Source: Rhizophagus irregularis
Lineage: Eukaryota
Length of the DNA stretch: 64,000 nucleotides
NCBI RefSeq assembly: GCF_026210795.1
Contig: NC_089429.1
Location: forward strand, 5,952,001 to 6,016,000
Direction of reading: 5' to 3'
Positions 55,201 to 64,000 of the stretch are shown one piece after another. The translations under genes were made by a program, and so were the position numbers. How positions within the stretch are numbered: the stretch's first letter is position 1; each line of letters begins with the position of its first letter. Under the pieces are notes generated by a model. The model was not told the DNA's origin, searched no databases, and was given only the letters and a program-made list of their open reading frames with translations.

Positions 55201-57200
55201 ATAGTTGAGAAATTACAAAAACCATTTAAATTTGGGTTTTGACCAACCGATAAAATAATAGAGGGGATAATCATTAGATAAATTTGTTAGCGATGGAGAA
55301 TATGATGATGAAATTGGTCCTATATTCTGTGAGGTCTAGTCTCCTTACAAATAATTGACAGAGAAACGATGGAGCGAGTGTTGTGATAGAGGCTATTCAA
55401 GTAACCCAGGAATTACCCATGAACACTTGATTTGAAATCTACAGTTACATTCCTATAATTATTATAAAGTAACGTTGAAGTAGTTATTTTGTATAATATT
55501 ATTTATGTGCAACATGGAAAGGCTAGTTCACGAGAAATTATACATATAGATATTTTTTTTAGGAGAATACGAATTGATATATTTACAGAAATGGGAATCA
55601 TATTCTTGTGAAGATATTTCTTTGTTGGAGAGACATAGTTGTTATCTTATTGTTAATAATGGCTCGTGGTCATCTGTATAATAAATAATGATTATATTAT
55701 CTTTCAAAATTGAAGTATCCAATACAAAATTTGAAATTTAGTAGTAGTTGATCATAGTGCATTAAAACTATATAATGGGTAATTGAATAGGTTCTACGAA
55801 GTCATGTGACCAAGAATATAAACAACGTCCTAGGTATATGAACAGAAGGCAGCAATTGAAAGTATTCGGATATAAATCTAATCATTACAAAGGAAACAAG
55901 TCTGGGATCTTTGCTGAAGTGGCAGGGAAAGGCCAGCGTAATTTGCGCAAGGGGTTTAATAGAGGTCATAGTTTTCAATAATTTCAGTCACGTGATCAAG
56001 AAACGAACGAAAAAAAAAAACATCAAACCGAGAACAAACTTAGAAAATGGAACGTACCACTCTTTAAGAAATAAAATAAATGAATAAATAAATAAAACTT
56101 AGAAATGGAACCAAACCTGAAGGATCAACGCATGATTTAATCTGTCTAATTAATTGAAGTTATTTAACAAGAAACAACTAAATTAATGAATACAATTAAT
56201 ATTTTTGTAAAAGAAAAATCAGAAAAATAAATTATTAGATTTTGCACACATAAAAGCGAAAAAATAATATGTACAATTCCAACATGATCATGGACAAATT
56301 AAAGATGACAACAGGAGAGTATGAATAGAAATTGTGCTGATCATCGGATATTGAAGATAGCATAAAAGAAGATTTTGGAAGGGTAAATTTTTTATTATTT
56401 TATTGTTAAATCAAAAGGTTATTATATAATCTTTTTTTTTATATTATTAGATTTATTATTTAATGATGGAAATATTAAATGATTAAATGATGATATGAAA
56501 AAATTACCCAAGAGGACTTTATAGTTAACGAGAATGGTTAACTTTAGTGATATTCGCGCGTGAACTGGAAGAACATATCTTCAAATCTTTTGAATTCATG
56601 GCTGGGAAACTTCGATGACGATGAAATACGGAATTTCTAGGTTCTTAATTTCAAAATTCTGTTTCGATCGCTTAAGGTAAACTTATTAACGTAATGTACA
56701 GTACATTAGTACAATTACAAATGACAGACAATTAATTAATTTTAAAATATGAATATCTTAATTTTAGGTAAATTAAAAAAAAAACTTAGGGGGAAAAATA
56801 AGTGAAAACAATTGTTATTATTATCATCGATATTGAAGGGTTTATCAAAATTCAATTCTTTTGAAATAACATTAAAAAATCGAACAGGATTTATTAATAA
56901 TATTTGCGAAAATTTTTTTGTACATTTATTGTAAATTGGACATAGTTTATTGTTAACATGGATTAAAAAAAAAAATTATATTAATTGTAAGTTAAAATAG
57001 AAAATTTGTCTTTAATTCGTCATTTTACGAAATTAACCCAATTAAAGAGTTTTTCTTTTCCAATCCATTTAATCTTGATATATCCTTTATGTATTCGAAA
57101 TTACCGAGTAAGCATTTTGTCTTTGTCTTGTTCTACGCGAATCTTTATATACAATGTCTTGTTCTTGATATTATTAGGTAACCGATGTTCACCTTCGTTT

Positions 57201-57343
57201 GGAGAGTGAATTTCTCCTTTGTCTATTCGGAGAGTGAATTTCTCCTTTTGTCCATTCGGAGAGTGAATTTCTCCTTTTGTCCATTCGGAGAGTGAATTTC
57301 TCCTTTTGTCTATTCGGAGAGTGAATTTCTCCTTTTGTCTATT
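57201..57343. repeat. Five tandem copies of a 29-bp unit
   Basis: ggagagtgaatttctccttttgtc(c/t)attc at 57201, 57229, 57258, 57287 and 57316; no spacers. Confidence 0.97.
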
Positions 57344-58264
57344 AATGGGGTCTGATCTAGAAAAGTCAAGGTAGAAGGGTGGGGGGATTTTTTAGTTAAA
57401 ATTTAAAAGTTATTGTATTTTAATCGTCATATCAAAAAATATAATACAATAAAATTCTCAATTTTGAAAGAAAATTCTCTAACCTTGATCTTCTTAGACC
57501 AGACCCCATTTGGAGAATGAGGTTCTGCCTTGACGGTGAATGAATTTCTTTCTCCTTTGTCAAGGCAGAACCATTAAAAAGTCCGAAGAGGGTGTAGAAA
57601 TTTCTTCTACACCAAGGATGATGGAGCAACAAGTGCTCTAAAAAAATAATGATTAAAACTCGGTGAGTTGGTGGCTTTAGTGAAATTGCAAGAGTTACAG
57701 TATAAAATAAAATAAAATGCAATTATAACTTTATTACTAACCCATCAGTGGTGTGACTTCAAAATATTTCTTTAATAAATAAATCAATGGATATTCGAAA
57801 TTCGAGAAGAAAATAAAGAAAATGGAAGTCGAAGTCTGGTCGTAAAATTGTTGTTTAAATACCAATTTTAAAACTAGTTGTGACGAAACGTGAATTTCTT
57901 TTTCAAGTGAAAAATTAAAAACAATAACAATTAAAACACAACTTTACGTAACACGTAATAACAAATTAAATTTTCCATTGGATAACTATAAAAAATATTA
58001 AAGGCATACACGGGATGTTTTTCCAAAAAGGTAAATTTTACAGATTTTCGCGCCCAAATTTTTATTAAATAAACACAATAAACACAATCACGCTAAATGT
58101 GCGCGCATTCCCGGGAAATTTAACATTTATAACAGGTATATGCCCTAAAAAATATATATAACATATGGTATATAAAATATACCAGGTATACCCTAAAATT
58201 ATATAACACGTCGCGCAGTCAACAAAAGATCACCTGACAGCATGATCAATAAACACGTTCAAGA

Positions 58265-60200
58265 ATGCCAGTGCAAAAAGAACGCGTTCTGTAATAAGTG
58301 AGGATATGAAGCAACAAATATGTGTGTATGCTACCAAATCTGAAAATAAAAATTAAACACAACACCACATTTCCGACTACTTTAACCAGCAGAACCAAAC
58401 AATCTCCCAAGATTTTAGGAAATGACTTGCATTAGTTTCAACATCAGCCAGTAAAAAAGACCTTTCGTCATAGAGAAGTTAAGTATCCACAAGTTGAAAA
58501 GGCGTTGGGGTTAATGGGTTGAAAATGCAAATGCTAATAATATTTCAATTTCAGAATTGATGATTAAGGAGAAGGCTTTTTTATTTTGCACAGGAACTCG
58601 TCATGTTAAATGGACCAAGTGGAGAAGAGGTATTTTCAATCGGCTGATGACCATATTGCGGCGAGGTTATTTGAAGAGGATAGGAATTTAACATTCCATG
58701 TGAAAATATATTGTTTTCAAGAAACGCAATAAGATTCGTTGCTGTCGCTTACATGGTGAAGCAAATAGCGCTCCATTAGAAACTTTTCTTGAGGAATGGA
58801 GAAAGTTGCAAGATTACACACTTAACATATTCAATGCAAACGAAGCTGAACTCTTTTTTCGTATGGCATCTAATCAAACTCTTGCATCAGCTCCTACTTC
58901 AGGTACCAAACTGGTGAGTAAATTAATTAACTTTTTAACCAAGCTTCAAAACTTCATTGTGTATTTATAGTTATCTGATTAAATTGTTTTTAGGATAGGA
59001 CTCGCATTACTGTTCTTTTAGCAACAAATGCTATTGGTACTCAAATCTCAAACCACTTGTAATTTGTTCTTCAAAGAACCTAGATGTCTTCATCGAGTCA
59101 ATAGAAATTCTCTTCCATGTTCTTATTATGTTAATTCAAAGGCCTGGATGCGAAGTGATATTTTTAGTGAGTGGTTTGATTATCTTAATAACAAATTTTG
59201 GCTCAAAATCGAAAAATTTTATTACTTATAGGTAACGCTTCATCTCATTTTAATCCTGACGAACATGATAATCAAGCAATGAACATACTAATGATAACTT
59301 GAATTTATCACACGTTAGAGTGCATTTCTTTCTCCTAATACTACGGCTCATGGATGTAGACATTATGGCGGCAGCATGTTACCAAATGTAACTCGCGTAT
59401 ATGCTGGCGCATGTATCATCAAAAGTTTTAAGGCAATTTATAAACAACATTACATACGACATATTATTGAAACAAATGTGAATTTTAAGGGTAGTTATTG
59501 TAATTTTTATTTTTGTTACTATATTATATATTTATTTTAAACAATTCTCAATATAGAAATAAAATTAACGTCAATGCACAAGCTTGGAATTTAGTAAAAG
59601 CAGAACCAATTGTCAATTGTTGGCGAAAAACTGGAATTTCACCAACTGTTAATGAAAATGGCGATGATAGTATCCACTATCCAACAAGCTCTAATTGCAC
59701 AGGAAATGGCAAGTCGAGAGAATCAAGAGGGCATTGATCTCCTTTAGTAGACTATCGTCAGAAACCTTCTTGACGAGCTGCGCGAAAGTCGGAGATGTTT
59801 CCTTCACAGCAACTCCCTATACAGAAATAGACGCGACTGTGGTTAGATTTTAGGATCTGGTGCTACAACAGTTTTCATCTATTGACAATGTTCCCAGGCG
59901 AAATAAATCGATATTTAGAAATGATTCCAACGGAACAGCCAACAACTGATGCTGAAATTATACAATTAATTTTGGAAGAAGGAAATGAAAAAAACTGAAT
60001 TGAATGATGATGATGATAAAGAAGGATATTTAGTAATCGATGTAAGAAGGTTTTAATAATCTTAAAACATGGTTGCAATATTTTGAAGGGCAGGGATGTG
60101 AAGAGTTCGATATGAAAGGAATAAAAATTTTTGGAAATTATACAGCGAAAACTTTTTGAAACTAAAACACAAAAGTATCACGAGTTTTTTTTTTTTATGT
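58265..60200 (+). pseudogene. Tigger/pogo (CENP-B-like HTH + DDE_1) transposase relic
   Basis: KYPQVEKAL, FKKRNKI...LHGEANSAP, IFNANEAELFFRM, intron 58914-58993, RITVLLATNA, NSKAWMRSDIFSEW, NASSH, IIKSFKA, IVNCWRKTGI. Frameshifted; TIRs not found. Confidence 0.85.
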
Positions 60201-63200
60201 CAAGTAATGTAAATACAAGAAAATTTGTTTTTTGTGTTAAATATATTTTAAATCCACTTCATAAATTTTTGCTGTAACTTCACGTGATACGTGTTTAAAT
60301 TAGATATTCATAATATTAATTGATCTTCAGAATCTATAATAAAGACATATTAATTATCTCATTTATCTGATAATCTGATAATGAATATTAATTGTAAAAA
60401 AAAAAAAAGGATTTTTTTTTAATTTAGATGGAGAAATGTTTGTGATCGCAAAAAGTCATAGAATGATTGCATAAAACCATATAAGAGCGCAAGGATTTAT
60501 GTGAGAATGAAAAAGACCTAAATAAATTTTTCGTTTTAATATTATTCTTTTAAATTCATTAATTTTATATTTAATAAACCTGTTGTTATTATCATAGAAA
60601 GTTATTACGGATTACGTCAATTAATTTAATTGACGAATGAATTAATTCTAATTCGGGTTTTAAAGAGTTATGGTGCATTTATATTTCAATTAGAGGGTAA
60701 AGTCAAAATAAAAAGTATTCGAGATACTCTTAGTCCAGTCGGTTTAATCAGGCTTTATTAGTAATCAACAGAAGCACACAGTATTAATAAATTACTCTTC
60801 TATCCTAAAAATATGATCAACAAATCAAGGATAAGTCGAGCTCGTAACTTTCTGTGTTGATAAATTCGTTAGAATATTCGCTTGGTAGAGTATATTATTT
60901 TTTCTCTTATTAATTAATTTCATTATTACCTCTTTTTCTATTAAGGAGGTACTTCAAAAGTGTACATACTAGTTAATGTATCTCCTTTAGCTGATTCGGT
61001 CAAATGGGACTAAAAAGGTTATACTTTGGATAAATTATGGCATAGAAACAAAACAAAAAATGGTCGTTTCTATGATAATATTTATAAAATCTGAATTGGA
61101 TTTAAGGAATTAACATAAAAAAATTTCAAAATAATATAAGTAACAGGCTAACAGCCCATCCAAATTTTTAATGACCTGTATTAAGGAGGAAATAGAGATT
61201 TTAACTTTATCAATCTGCACACTTCAGCAGGAAATGGAGAATGAAGTCAAAGAAGCTTGTTTAAATTATGGTTCCCAATTTTTCTTCACCATTAGGAAAA
61301 ATGTTATTGAACCTTTTATTCTCTAGGTCCTTGTATATAATGAATTTACTTTCAGTATTTATGAGATCTTTCGGCTATCAAATATACTCCAGGGGTTTGT
61401 TACTTTTAAAGAACATGTTAAATTAATAATAGAATATTATGATCCTATTATCATCAACGACTCAATAGTATTTATTAAATTCATACTGCATTAATAATCG
61501 GTCTGATCTCTTGGAAAAAAAGAAAAAAGCTGTGTTTTTCTTTGTTGATATTTTTACGGATATTTAATTAGAAGGATAGATTAAAAGCCTTAACGATAAC
61601 TTCGATCTACGATTTAAAAATGTACTGTAAGATCACGAAGGAAAAGCAATTTATAATGAAGGTACTGAGAAGTTATTCAAAAAATCTCGTCATATGACTC
61701 ATGTGATACCAACTATGGTATCGTATTTAATTTAGTGAATCGAGAATCGAGATCATGATCGATCAAAAATTTTGATTGATCACGTTTTTATTGCGTCATT
61801 CGTGAATACTCAAATCAAGCCTTTTTAATAAGATATTCCTTTGTCATTTTTTTTTATAAAAATCACAAAGAAAACATACAAACATACGAAAAAATATAAC
61901 CAGAAAAGTATACTGTATATACATACTGTACATACATTATACATATATATATATAATGAGTATATAAATATCATTATAAGTAAAAATGAAGAACATAATA
62001 TTAATGCCAAAAGAGCAAGTGATCAGTTTTAATCTTATGATCTTATTTCTTTCCGAAAAGTTAATGATATATATTTGTATTTAACTGGAATATGTGGAAT
62101 ATGAATTAATCAAGATTATAAAAAAAAATTCGGTTTGTTCATTTTGTGGAAATAGTGAATATAGTTGCGTTGGAGATCTGTCGACTTCCATCATCTGGTA
62201 GCAGTTCTTGTAGCAATAGTTGTAGTTGCTGTTGCAGTTATGGTTGACATAGCAGTAATGATTCACATTGTCATATGGTAATGGTTGTGATTGATATGAG
62301 TAAAATTCACTTAGTAGTTGGTGCATTTACCAGTTTGTGCATTTACCAGTATTAATCCCGGTTGCAATTGTGGTGATGATAGTTTTGTCGATAACAAAAT
62401 TCGATTCAAACTCCAAAAGAACGACTACTTGATGTCTAAAATATGAAACGAAAAATAATTGTTAATAATGCAATAAGAAGTTTCTTTGTTCTTGTGATGC
62501 GCAAACAAAATTGGAGCTATAGAATAATTCTTTGAAGATAAATATAAATGTATTTCTATTATAATTTGTCTTATTAATACAAATATATGAAATAATGTGT
62601 AACACTTTTTATGCAAAAATTATTTGGTCCATCTTTAAGTTCTAAAAATATTCAAAAATAACCAACCAATAACAAAATATAATCAATCATAAGATACCTG
62701 ATCCATTAGGTCCGCCGGATCCATTATAATATATTCTGGATCGGATATATAATATGATTATTAATTTGGACTAGTTAAATTATTCTTATTATTTGAATTT
62801 TTTGAAATTTGATGTAAGAGTTATGATTAATTTTTTTGGGAAGGAAAAGAAATTTGGTATATTTTATATAATTACCGAAGCACAGCACACAGACAAATGG
62901 AAAGATTTTAAAATCTTGTCAATTAATAAAACATGCACCATTGGTATATTAGTTTTGTATCTCATTCGAGAAAGATAACCAGATGCTTATTTTGTAAGGG
63001 CAAGGTAATATCGCTCCAACAGAAATGATTACTTAAACGATCAAATTTATTATTTTCAAGGATTAAAACTAGAAATTTACTTGTTTTGAACCTTTGCCTA
63101 GGTTTATAACTTCTTTAGAATTATATTGTATTTCTTTAAACGTTAATTTAAACGTTAAAACTTTAACACACTTAATATGATCATATGAAATCAGTAATAT

Positions 63201-64000
63201 TTTAGCAGATATGCAGATACGCTAACGTATAATAGGCATGGATCATTTTGATGCTAAATTTAATAAAAATTTGCAGCGACACTTTCTTACGAAATTATTA
63301 ATAAACTAAGTGGTATTTGTTTAATAATTTATATAGCGCTTCTATACTCCTTAGTTTATGATTGTCCGGTGCAATGTTTTTCTTTTCGCAATAGCCAATC
63401 TGACCACGTGCTTAAAATTATATGAATATGATAAAAATTTTATTGGGGTTGGATCGGTCCAGTTCAGTCCAATCTGGTCCAAAAAGAACAGTCCTAAGAT
63501 CGGTCCTTCAGGAATTGATCTAGACTATTCGCATGCGAATAGTTATGATCTACTGTATCTGTTCTATTGATGTACTGTATATTCCATATAATTGAAACTC
63601 TTATGTATATTAGATGAAAGTAGAATTAATAGTTCAAGAATGAATAATCTCTCTGTTCACCTACCTATATTCACTGCTTGAAAGGAACCACCGTATGATA
63701 AATATGATAAATATGAAAAGAATTCCATGCTTTCTTTCCGAATCAATTTTATCATAAATATTAATAAAAATTGTTTTACTATCCACCGATGATCTATCTC
63801 ATTTTGATGAATAAATTAAAAAAGAAATGAATTTTAAATCAAATAATTTTAACCGATTTACATACTAAATAATTACAGTATTTTTATGTGTTGATGGAAA
63901 GGGTAAGAAAAGATCAAAATCACACTATTACAACCAAATTCAATACAACGTTACGTTATATCAAAATTATATCGATATTTAAATGTTCTCGTTCATCTTA

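Noticed and set aside
53040..55700. Low-complexity minus-strand coding-like region and an adjacent plus-strand exon-like region
   Set aside because: No sustained ORF or recognisable motif; too degraded to call.
57201..57343. CRISPR-like appearance of the 29-bp hairpin repeats
   Set aside because: Units are directly adjacent with no spacers, there are no cas genes, and the context is eukaryotic.
61825..62616. Thr/Asn-rich and hydrophobic short minus-strand ORFs
   Set aside because: May be a decayed membrane-protein gene, but frames are broken and low complexity explains the ORFs.

Overview
Very AT-rich eukaryotic DNA with short GT-AG introns. The rRNA and ITS sequences point to an arbuscular mycorrhizal fungus (Glomeromycota, Rhizophagus-like; recognised by eye, not searched). 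One complete 18S-5.8S-28S rDNA unit (25323-31145, +) stands alone, with no neighbouring unit in about 25 kb upstream or 33 kb downstream. The left 22 kb is mostly decayed transposons: an hAT relic and a pogo/Tc2-type relic carrying nested MITEs with target-site duplications (TSDs), F-box/LRR and membrane-protein pseudogenes, and a 1.2-kb duplication whose second copy shows one-sided GC-to-AT decay, often outside CpG. Downstream of the rDNA lies a cluster of decayed lineage-expanded genes (Crinkler N-terminus, a coiled-coil family with an in-frame 242-bp inversion, a RING family, triplicated palindromes) surrounding an intact small secreted protein gene. Two spliced genes look intact: a BTB-fragment/MIF4G chimera (41807-43017, +) and a class I SAM methyltransferase (51079-52210, -). 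A 5'-truncated RNase H LINE with an 18-bp TSD and a Tigger/CENP-B-like transposase relic lie further right. All family assignments are from motif recognition only.
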